Made by a program: the position numbers and the translations under genes
Origin: Candidatus Omnitrophota bacterium
GTDB lineage: Bacteria > Omnitrophota > Gorgyraeia > VGKH01
NCBI GenBank assembly: GCA_022703055.1
Contig: JAKLEP010000001.1
Location: forward strand, 218,850-282,849
Direction of reading: 5' to 3'
Length of the DNA: 64,000 nt
The notes under the pieces: model-generated
Databases searched by the model: none
Seen by the model: the letters and a program-made list of their open reading frames with translations, nothing else
What the model was told of the DNA's origin: nothing
In this document: positions 35,112-42,537 of the stretch, in pieces
Numbering within the stretch: the stretch's first letter is position 1
How the letters are laid out: every line of letters begins with the position of its first letter

Positions 35112-36280
35112 GCGAAACCAAAACGATGAAAATAAAAGTTTTGCATATTCATACCCGCGGTATAATCGGCGGCTCCGGCACGAATACACTATTATCCATG
35201 ATGGGGCTGCCCAAGGACAGATTTGAGGCTGAACTTGCCTGCGGTTCCGAAGGCCCATTAGTAGAGGAAGCCAAGAAAAACAATTTGACGCTAAATATGA
35301 TCAAGCATTTAACTAACAAGATTAACATCTTCTATGATTTATTGGCTTTGATTGAGCTTGTTATTTTGATAAACAGAAAAGATTATGCAATAGTGCATAC
35401 CCATAATTCAAAAGCAGGAATCCTGGGTAGAGCCGCCGCCAATATCTGTCGCGTCCCAATAATTATCCACACCCAGCATAGTTGTGTCTTTAAATATGGG
35501 ACATTGAATTATTTTCAGAAAAAGTTCTATTATTTTCTGGAGCTTGTTTCGGCAAGGTTCACAGATAAGATTATCTATATTACAGAATCGCTGCGGCAGG
35601 AATTTATCAACGCCAACATCAGTAAAGAGGAGAATTCGGTTGCTATTTACAGTGGCATAGAAGTTGACAAATTTAGGATAAATATAGATATTTTAGACAA
35701 AAAACAAAAGCTTGGCCTGGCAAAGGATGATTTTGTCGTCGGGGTAGTGAGCCGCCTAGAGGAAGGCAAGGGCAACGACTATGTGATACGCGCCATCCCT
35801 AAGATTACCACGCAGGCAAGCGGGGTAAAGTTTGTTTTCGTCGGAGAGGGAGAGCTGAAGGGTAATTTGGAAAGACTCGCCGAGTCGCTCGGAGTAAAAG
35901 ATAAAATATTATTTTTGGGGCCAAGGCAGGATGTGCCAGAATTGTTGCAGGTTTTTGATATTGTCTGTTTGGCTTCTTTGTACGAAGGGATGGGAAGGGT
36001 TTTACTTGAGGCCCAGGCTGCAGGCAAGCCTATCGTGGCAACAAAAATAGGTGGCATTATTGATGTGGTTAACGAAAATAAAACCGGATTTTTAGTTGCG
36101 CCTCGGGATATTGATGCTTTATCAGGGGCAATAGTAAAGCTAGCCCAAGACCGTAACCTAAGAAGACAGATGTCGGATGAAGCCATAAGATTTGTTGATT
36201 ATAGGTTTTCCAGTGCTAAAATGATAGTTGATATTTTAAATGTTTACGAGGAGCTTATTTTTAAGAATATAACATTATGA
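35108..36280 (+). CDS. GT4-family glycosyltransferase
   Basis: YEGMGRVLLEAQAAGKPIVATKIGG block. ATGA overlap with the upstream gene. Confidence 0.8.
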   Translation: MSETKTMKIKVLHIHTRGIIGGSGTNTLLSMMGLPKDRFEAELACGSEGPLVEEAKKNNLTLNMIKHLTNKINIFYDLLALIELVILINRKDYAIVHTHNSKAGILGRAAANICRVPIIIHTQHSCVFKYGTLNYFQKKFYYFLELVSARFTDKIIYITESLRQEFINANISKEENSVAIYSGIEVDKFRINIDILDKKQKLGLAKDDFVVGVVSRLEEGKGNDYVIRAIPKITTQASGVKFVFVGEGELKGNLERLAESLGVKDKILFLGPRQDVPELLQVFDIVCLASLYEGMGRVLLEAQAAGKPIVATKIGGIIDVVNENKTGFLVAPRDIDALSGAIVKLAQDRNLRRQMSDEAIRFVDYRFSSAKMIVDILNVYEELIFKNITL

Positions 36281-37095
36281 TAAACGCCTTAACTGTCGAT
36301 CTTGAAGAATGGTATCACATTACAGGAATTGATGACTATTTAAAAAATGCCGACCTCAATAAATATGCAAACAGGGCTTTCAATAACACAATGAGGCTGC
36401 TAGACATGTTTAGAGAGGCGAAGGTAAAGGCTACATTTTTTGTTTTGGGCTGCATCGCCGAAAGGTTTCCCGAACTTGTTAAAAGGATAGATCAGGAGGG
36501 CCACGAGGTTGCAACCCATGGTTTTTATCATGATGTAATATATAAACGGACTCCCGAAGAGTTTGCAAAAAATCTTAGGGATGCAATTTCGCTGTTAAGT
36601 GGTATAATAAACAAGAAGATTATTGGTTTTCGCGCCCCGGATTTTTCTATTACCGAAAAATCCTTGTGGGCACTTGATATTTTGATTGCTCTCGGCATAA
36701 AATACGATTGCAGCGTTTTTCCGGTTAAACATCCGCGCTACGGAATGCCTAAGGCAGGGCGTTTTCCGTACAAGATAAAAGACGATTTGATAGAATTTCC
36801 TCCTTCGACATACAGGATATTTAATTACAATTTACCCGTCGGGGGAGGGGCGTATTTAAGAATTTTTCCTTATTGGGTGGTAAAGGCGGCGCTTAAGTCG
36901 CTTAATAAAGAAAACAAACCGGCGAATATATATGTTCATCCTTGGGAAGTAGATCCTGAGCAGCCGCGGATTAAAATGCCGGCGGCCAGGCATTTTACTC
37001 ATTACGCAAATTTGGATAAGGCAGAGAAGAAAATAAGAGCGCTAATAAGCGATTTTAGATTTACTACGGTCAGGGAGGTATTAGGCATTGTTTGA
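36277..37095 (+). CDS. polysaccharide deacetylase family protein (PEP-CTERM-locus/DUF3473-like subtype)
   Basis: N-terminus MINALTVDLEEWYH and TFFVLG...HEVATHGFYH fit NodB-fold deacetylases of the EPS-locus subtype. The subtype assignment is from memory. Confidence 0.7.
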   Translation: MINALTVDLEEWYHITGIDDYLKNADLNKYANRAFNNTMRLLDMFREAKVKATFFVLGCIAERFPELVKRIDQEGHEVATHGFYHDVIYKRTPEEFAKNLRDAISLLSGIINKKIIGFRAPDFSITEKSLWALDILIALGIKYDCSVFPVKHPRYGMPKAGRFPYKIKDDLIEFPPSTYRIFNYNLPVGGGAYLRIFPYWVVKAALKSLNKENKPANIYVHPWEVDPEQPRIKMPAARHFTHYANLDKAEKKIRALISDFRFTTVREVLGIV

Positions 37096-37732
37096 GACAA
37101 GCAAGGTAAGGACATTTTTTCAGGGCAGAGTAGAAAAATACGACAGCATCTACGACCAAGATAAGAAGTTTATCTGGAAAATTCTCGATTTTATTTTCCG
37201 CCGTTCTATCCAGAAAAGATTTGAATTAACGCTCGCCGAATGCGCCGATGTAAATGGCAAGAAAATTCTTGATATCGGATGCGGCCCAGGAGTTTATCTG
37301 GTTACTTTGGCAAAAAGACAACCGAAGAAAATTGTGGGCGTGGATTTTTCCGAGGAGATGTTGAGTAAAGCTAAAAAATTAGCAAGAGATAACGGAGTTA
37401 TTGACGTTTGTCAGTTTATAATTTCTGATTTCCGTAGGTATGTTCCGGACGATAAATTCGATATCTGCCTAGCGATAGGTTTTTTTGATTACGTGGAAAA
37501 TCCCCTGGCGGTGCTTGAGAAAATAAGAGGGATATGCTTAGAGAAAGCAATAATAAGTTTTCCAGTCAAGTGGAAGCTAAGAAATATCGTCAGAATAATC
37601 AGGCTTAAATTTCTGGGGTGTCCTGTGTATTTTTATACGCTAAAGCAGGTAAAAGACCTTTTAGCTAAGAGCGGTTTCGGTAATTCTCAGATTATTATCG
37701 TCGATAGGGACTATTTGGTAATCGCAAAATAA
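37088..37732 (+). CDS. class I SAM-dependent methyltransferase
   Basis: ILDIGCGPG motif I. TTG start overlapping the deacetylase stop. No in-frame ATG before motif I. Confidence 0.7.
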   Translation: MFETSKVRTFFQGRVEKYDSIYDQDKKFIWKILDFIFRRSIQKRFELTLAECADVNGKKILDIGCGPGVYLVTLAKRQPKKIVGVDFSEEMLSKAKKLARDNGVIDVCQFIISDFRRYVPDDKFDICLAIGFFDYVENPLAVLEKIRGICLEKAIISFPVKWKLRNIVRIIRLKFLGCPVYFYTLKQVKDLLAKSGFGNSQIIIVDRDYLVIAK

Positions 37733-37739
37733 AACCAAT

Positions 37740-38813
37740 ATGTGCTATAAACATTCTTTTTTAGTTTTGATAATTTCTTTTGGCCTGTCTTTTCTTTTGA
37801 CTCCGATTTTTATCAAGATCGCCAACAGATTTAAATTAGTTGATACTCCAAATGCCAGGAAGCTCCACGAAAAACCTACGCCGACTCTCGGCGGAATAGT
37901 TATATTTATTGCTTTTAGTGTGGCTATTTTGTTTGCCTTGGCTTTTAATCAAGATTTTTGCAACTCATTGGGGATGAATCTGCCCGGCCTTTTAATCGGC
38001 AGTTTAGCTTTGGTTATCTTCGGAGTCTTACATGACACAAGAGATATGCCCGCTTCAGTTAAACTCTTTGGCCAGATCATGGTCGCTTTGATTGTTTTCC
38101 TATCAGGCATTAGAGTAGAGTCGATAACCAACCCTTTTGGCGGAGAGATAATTTTGTATTATCCATTGAGCCTCCTTGTGACAATCATTTGGGTAGTCGC
38201 GTTGATTAATGCCATAAATTTGATTGATGGTTTGGATGGCCTGGCTGCAGGAATCACAATAATAGGCTCGACGGTATTATTGGTAATCGCATTATTTAAG
38301 AATGACATCGTCTCCAGTCTTTTATGCCTTGCATTGATTGGAAGTTGCTTGGGATTTTTAAGATATAATTTTTATCCTGCTAGGATTTTTATGGGTGATG
38401 CCGGGAGCATGTTTTTAGGCTTGGTTTTGGGCGTGATTTCTATCCAGGGTATAAATAAAATGGCCATCACCGTTGCGTTGTTGATTCCGATAACCGTCTT
38501 AGCCATCCCGATTTACGATACAATACTTTCGATTTTTAGGAGATTCCTTTCCAATAGGGATATTTTTAAGCCCGACAGAGAACATATCCACTATAGATTA
38601 TTGAACATGGGCGTTACGCATAAACACGTGGTCTTATTGCTTTATTTTATTGGCGTTTATTTCGGAATCATGGCCTTCCTGTTTATTCTCATTCCGATAG
38701 AATTTGCTTTTATCCTTTTGGTGCTTTTAGCCATGGGAGTTTTTATGGGCATCAAGGCTATCGGATTTGTTGAGCGAAGACTGAAATCTATCCGTCAACA
38801 TAATGAATCTTAA
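37740..38813 (+). CDS. polyprenyl-phosphate HexNAc-1-phosphate transferase (MraY/WecA family), initiating enzyme
   Basis: NAINLIDGLDGLA and IFMGDAGSMFLG motifs. 10-11 TM segments. Confidence 0.85.
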   Translation: MCYKHSFLVLIISFGLSFLLTPIFIKIANRFKLVDTPNARKLHEKPTPTLGGIVIFIAFSVAILFALAFNQDFCNSLGMNLPGLLIGSLALVIFGVLHDTRDMPASVKLFGQIMVALIVFLSGIRVESITNPFGGEIILYYPLSLLVTIIWVVALINAINLIDGLDGLAAGITIIGSTVLLVIALFKNDIVSSLLCLALIGSCLGFLRYNFYPARIFMGDAGSMFLGLVLGVISIQGINKMAITVALLIPITVLAIPIYDTILSIFRRFLSNRDIFKPDREHIHYRLLNMGVTHKHVVLLLYFIGVYFGIMAFLFILIPIEFAFILLVLLAMGVFMGIKAIGFVERRLKSIRQHNES

Positions 38814-40242
38814 GACAATAACTTGTTTTGTTTTCCTCGCCGCAATTTTCTTATCAAATAATTTCTTGGTTTTTGCTTACGAAAATGTCCCTGCCGCCAT
38901 TCATATCCAGACTAATATCAGCGACGGAAAATATTCTTTCGATGAAATCGCAAAACAAGCCCAAAAAGAAAATATAAAAGTTCTAATATTTACCGATACG
39001 GCATTGAGGAGATGGGAGTATGGCATAAGGCCGTTGGAAAACATCATAAAAAGAAGGATAGAGCATTCTTCCGTTTTTAAATTCGGCATAGCCAAATATC
39101 TGACAGTGATTAAGAATCTCAAAGAGAAATATCCCGGGATGGTCTTTGTCCCTGCGGTTGAGGTCGTGCCCTTTTATTATTGGCAGGGAAATTTTTGGGA
39201 GAAAGATTTTACCTTGTATAATTGGCATAAGAAAATGTTGGTTATCGGGCTTGAGAATGAAAGCGATTATAGATTCTTGCCAATTATCGCAAATCATAGC
39301 TTGTGGCCATTACATGAAAATAATTTTATTAAGCTTTGGCCGCTATTGATTATTTTGCTGGGGATTTTCTTGGCAATAAAATATCAAAATAAAACTGCAT
39401 ATAGGAATTATGGTTATGTGTTTTTAGTTATTGGTGTGTTATTTCTCGCAAATAACTTGCAATTCAATGTTTCGCGATTTAATGCGTATAATAAAGATCA
39501 AAGGACAAAACCCTACCAAGATTTAATAGATTACGTTGTCAAAAGAGGCGGGCTTGTTTTCTGGGCCTATCCAGAAGTTAAGAATATTGACAGGGTGAAA
39601 GGTGTCAATGTCTGCACTTTTCCCTATAAAGAAGAACTTATTTACACGCATGACTACACTGGCTCGGCCGTATTATTCGATGAGAATAGATCGTTAGCAA
39701 ACATCGGCGACGTCTGGGACAAAATTCTTCTAGCATCCTGCGTTGGAAGTAGGGCGCCTGCCTGGGCAATAGGCGAGGTTGATTATCACGGCGACCATGA
39801 AAATCTATCCAGAATACAGACCGTGTTTCTATTGAATAGTATGATAGAGGAAGAGGTGTTTAAGGCATTAAAGAAGGGCATGATGTACGCAAAATTAAAT
39901 AATGTCGCCAATGATTTTAATTTGGATAAATTCATCGTCTCCGACGAAGAAATGAAGTCATTTGGCCTGATGGGGCAGGAAATAGAGGTAGACTCCAAAC
40001 CCGAAGTTATTATCGAGACTTCTTGCAAAAGTTCGCCCGACGAGCCGATAGAGATAAAGTTGATTAGAAACGGGAAATTAATTCAGACCTTTAACAGCGA
40101 GAGTTCAAATTTCAGAGTTAAATATCAAGACGAATATTTTTCGCCTGGCGAGAAAATTTATTATCGGATAATGATAAAAAGCGGCAGTAATATTTATCAG
40201 GTTATTTCTAATCCAATTTTTGTCAGATTTATTTCTAAATAA
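38803..40242 (+). CDS. membrane protein with degenerate PHP (CehA/McbA-like metallohydrolase) features
   Basis: Signal/anchor at the N-terminus. AAIHIQTNISDG...VLIFTDTA resembles the PHP start (H.H...SDG...TDH) with substitutions. Two central TM helices. GEVDYHGD and the C-terminal SNPIFV are PHP-like. Weak call. Confidence 0.3.
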   Translation: MNLKTITCFVFLAAIFLSNNFLVFAYENVPAAIHIQTNISDGKYSFDEIAKQAQKENIKVLIFTDTALRRWEYGIRPLENIIKRRIEHSSVFKFGIAKYLTVIKNLKEKYPGMVFVPAVEVVPFYYWQGNFWEKDFTLYNWHKKMLVIGLENESDYRFLPIIANHSLWPLHENNFIKLWPLLIILLGIFLAIKYQNKTAYRNYGYVFLVIGVLFLANNLQFNVSRFNAYNKDQRTKPYQDLIDYVVKRGGLVFWAYPEVKNIDRVKGVNVCTFPYKEELIYTHDYTGSAVLFDENRSLANIGDVWDKILLASCVGSRAPAWAIGEVDYHGDHENLSRIQTVFLLNSMIEEEVFKALKKGMMYAKLNNVANDFNLDKFIVSDEEMKSFGLMGQEIEVDSKPEVIIETSCKSSPDEPIEIKLIRNGKLIQTFNSESSNFRVKYQDEYFSPGEKIYYRIMIKSGSNIYQVISNPIFVRFISK

Positions 40243-40262
40243 CAAAGACTTTGAACTTTCTA

Positions 40263-40290
40263 TTGATAATTTCAGGCGTTATATTATAAT
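40263..40290 (+). promoter_or_regulatory. sigma70-type promoter of the ExeA-like gene
   Basis: TTGATA (40263-40268), 16-nt spacer, TATAAT (40285-40290). 18 nt upstream of ATG 40308. Confidence 0.55.
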
Positions 40291-40307
40291 CTTTTTAAAG
40301 GATAAAA

Positions 40308-41126
40308 ATGTACGAAGCTTATTGGGGATTAAAAGAGAAACCGTTTGAGAACACGCCGGACCCGCGCTTTCTTTATCATTCATCGCAGCACGAAGAAGGC
40401 CTTTATAGACTTCTTTACGCGGTTAAGGAACAAAAAGGCGCTGCAATTATGACCGGAGTTTTCGGCTGCGGCAAGACTTTGTTGGGCAGGACTATGCTTA
40501 GGGAATTAAGTAAAGACATCTACAGAGTCGGCTATATAATGAATCCCCAGTTGTCTTATCTAGAGCTTTTGATGGCGGTAGCCACCTCATTAGGGGTAAG
40601 CGGCCTACCGTCAAAAAAGACAGAGGTCTTAACCAATGTTGTGCTCGATGAAATCAGCAAAGTCTTGCAAAACAACATGAAGGATGGCAAGAAGACCGTG
40701 GTGATTATCGACGAGGCGCATGTCATAGCGGATAAAGAGGTATGGGAAGGCTTAAGGCTTTTGTTGAATTTCCAATTAGAGGATAGATTTCTTCTGACAC
40801 TGCTTTTGCTGGGTCAGCCGGAGTTGAAGGAAAGTATTGATAGCAACAAACAATTTTCCCAAAGAGTGGCTATTAGATGCCATCTTGGCCATATGAATCT
40901 GGAAGATACCCACAATTATGTGCTGCACAGGCTCAAGATAGCAGGTAGAGAAGAGCAGCTTTTTACCGAAGGCGCCCTTAAGGCGATTTATGAGAAGTCA
41001 GGCGGTATCCCGCGCAGGATAAACCATATCTGTGATTTATCTCTTTTGACAGGTTTTGGCAGAAAACTCACCCACATAGACGAAAAAGTCGTTTCTGAAG
41101 TCACCAAAGATCTCGAAGGTGAATAA
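40308..41126 (+). CDS. ExeA/GspA/MshM-like AAA ATPase
   Basis: YWGLKEKPFENTPDPRFLYHSSQHEEGL is the family-typical N-terminus. Walker A GVFGCGKT, Walker B VVIIDEAH, GIPRRINHICD near the C-terminus. Confidence 0.75.
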   Translation: MYEAYWGLKEKPFENTPDPRFLYHSSQHEEGLYRLLYAVKEQKGAAIMTGVFGCGKTLLGRTMLRELSKDIYRVGYIMNPQLSYLELLMAVATSLGVSGLPSKKTEVLTNVVLDEISKVLQNNMKDGKKTVVIIDEAHVIADKEVWEGLRLLLNFQLEDRFLLTLLLLGQPELKESIDSNKQFSQRVAIRCHLGHMNLEDTHNYVLHRLKIAGREEQLFTEGALKAIYEKSGGIPRRINHICDLSLLTGFGRKLTHIDEKVVSEVTKDLEGE

Positions 41127-41170
41127 TTAACGTCGCGTTTCCCGCATTTTAGCAAAATTAGCCCTTAATA

Positions 41171-41199
41171 TTGATTTTCAGCCTTTTTTATGGTATACT
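41171..41199 (+). promoter_or_regulatory. promoter-like element inside the exeA-pilin gap
   Basis: TTGATT (41171-41176), 17-nt spacer, TATACT (41194-41199). Confidence 0.4.
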
Positions 41200-41205
41200 T
41201 TATTT

Positions 41206-41360
41206 TGTATTGATAAAGTACTCCATTATAGGGGATAGGGGAGTTTTGAAACGGTATCATAATTATTAATAAGTAACGCAAGTATCGGCTAGCTTTGGTG
41301 TTATACTACTATAAAGCGGTTAAATACGAACCTATTCTTCATATGGAGAATAGGTTTTTT
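41206..41360 (+). ncRNA. candidate ~155-nt small RNA (promoter to terminator, no ATG)
   Basis: Bounded by the 41171-41199 promoter-like element and the hairpin at 41331-41360. I find no ATG between 41200 and 41340. Alternatively it is just the 3' UTR and terminator of the ExeA-like gene. Confidence 0.3.
41331..41360 (+). terminator. intrinsic terminator
   Basis: CCTATTCT (41331-41338) / AGAATAGG (41347-41354), 8-nt loop, TTTTTT (41355-41360). Confidence 0.7.
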
Positions 41361-41366
41361 ATTTGC

Positions 41367-41395
41367 TTGACAACAAGATAGTTAGATGTTAAAAT
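41367..41395 (+). promoter_or_regulatory. consensus sigma70-type promoter of the major pilin gene
   Basis: TTGACA (41367-41372), 17-nt spacer, TAAAAT (41390-41395). Leaves a leader of about 170 nt before ATG 41572. Confidence 0.6.
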
Positions 41396-41571
41396 ACAAA
41401 ACTATCTTGGGCTTGTGGCTTCTTTGAGAGGTTTGATCTTTGAGTGAAACGAGATTGATTGAAAGATGCAGCGAAAGCTTATAGGCATTATAGTTAAAAT
41501 CGTAATTTCGTTTGACCAAAGAGAGGACCAAAGAGGAGTCAAAATCTAAAGCCTGGAAGGAGGCTAGTAAG

Positions 41572-41955
41572 ATGAAAAAAGGTTTTACTTTGGTTGAAAT
41601 CATGATCGTCGTTGCAATCATAGCTTTGTTAGCGGCTATAGCAATCCCTAACTTGCTTCGTGCAAGACTGACGGCAAATGAATCTGCGGCACAAGGTACA
41701 CTGCGTACTTTGTCAACTGCTTCAGAGACATGGGCGGCGTCACATGGTGGAACATATCCTGCCAACGGCACGGATCTGTATACTGCCAGCCCGAAGTATA
41801 TCAACTGGAACTACTGCGGTACGCCTTACCAAGGATATAGCTTTAACTGTGGTATGGCGACTACAGGTTATACCGTTACCGCTGCGCCTGTAAACGTAGG
41901 AGTTACGGGGAATACGACATTTCTTATCACCACAGGTGGTGTCTTGACACCGTAA
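41572..41955 (+). CDS. type IV pilin / pseudopilin (probable major subunit)
   Basis: MKKG|FTLVEIMIVVAIIALLAAIAIPNLLRA is a class III signal with Gly-1, Phe+1 and Glu+5. Two C-terminal Cys (NYCG...FNCG) form a D-region-type pair. SD GGAAGGAGG at 41555-41563. The upstream in-frame extension to the track TTG start at 41512 is rejected. Own promoter and own terminator. Confidence 0.85.
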   Translation: MKKGFTLVEIMIVVAIIALLAAIAIPNLLRARLTANESAAQGTLRTLSTASETWAASHGGTYPANGTDLYTASPKYINWNYCGTPYQGYSFNCGMATTGYTVTAAPVNVGVTGNTTFLITTGGVLTP

Positions 41956-41998
41956 GATGGCGTATGAAAGTTAGGATGAGTTGCTAGAAGTTTGAAAA

Positions 41999-42025
41999 GG
42001 GGAGGACAAAAATCCTCCCCTTTTT
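41999..42025 (+). terminator. intrinsic terminator after the major pilin gene
   Basis: GGGGAGGA (41999-42006) / TCCTCCCC (42013-42020), 6-nt loop, TTTTT (42021-42025). Confidence 0.75.
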
Positions 42026-42038
42026 GATATTGTTAAAG

Positions 42039-42506
42039 ATGAAGAATAAAAAGAATTATACGATAGGTTTCACATTAGTAGAAATCATGGTTGTGGTCTC
42101 GATTATCATGATTATGGCAGCTCTGGCCATACCTAACATGATAAGAGGCAGGATAACCGCCAATGAAGCAATGGCAGTGGCGTCTTCCCGTTCCCTCTAT
42201 AATGCTTGTATGCTTTATTCCAGTAAAAACGAAGTTTTCCCTGATAGTATGGCGTATCTGACTATTCCAGAGTCAAATCCGCCGTACATTGAAGAAAAAC
42301 TTGCTAACGCAATAGATTCGGCTCACACCAAAAACGGATATTGGTTTGAATATGTAGTTTCCGGCGATAAAGATGCCTTCACCGTCAACGCGCGGCCGAG
42401 AAACGACTTAGCGGGTAAAAGGCGTTTCTTTTTTAATGAAGATGGTCTTATACATTATTCAGAAAATGGAAGCGACGCTACGGTAGACAGCCCGGTTATT
42501 AATTAA
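42039..42506 (+). CDS. type IV pilin / pseudopilin, second copy
   Basis: MKNKKNYTIG|FTLVEIMVVVSIIMIMAALAIPNMIRG prepilin signal. ATG 42039 chosen over the track TTG at 42024, which lies inside the terminator T-run. Confidence 0.8.
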   Translation: MKNKKNYTIGFTLVEIMVVVSIIMIMAALAIPNMIRGRITANEAMAVASSRSLYNACMLYSSKNEVFPDSMAYLTIPESNPPYIEEKLANAIDSAHTKNGYWFEYVVSGDKDAFTVNARPRNDLAGKRRFFFNEDGLIHYSENGSDATVDSPVIN

Positions 42507-42537
42507 TCCTTACTTTTTACTCTATCCTTAAATTTTT

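Noticed and set aside
41512-41571. N-terminal extension of the pilin ORF from a TTG start (MTKERTKEESKSKAWKEASK...), which would give a long type IVb-like leader.
   Set aside because: ATG 41572 has a strong GGAAGGAGG SD at ideal spacing and gives the canonical short leader MKKG|F. The extension coincides with the GACCAAAGAG repeat in the untranslated leader.
41382-41804. 140-aa minus-strand ORF covering the pilin leader and the 5' half of the pilin gene.
   Set aside because: It is antisense to a textbook prepilin gene and its promoter, with no motifs. The region is explained by the promoter, leader and pilin CDS.
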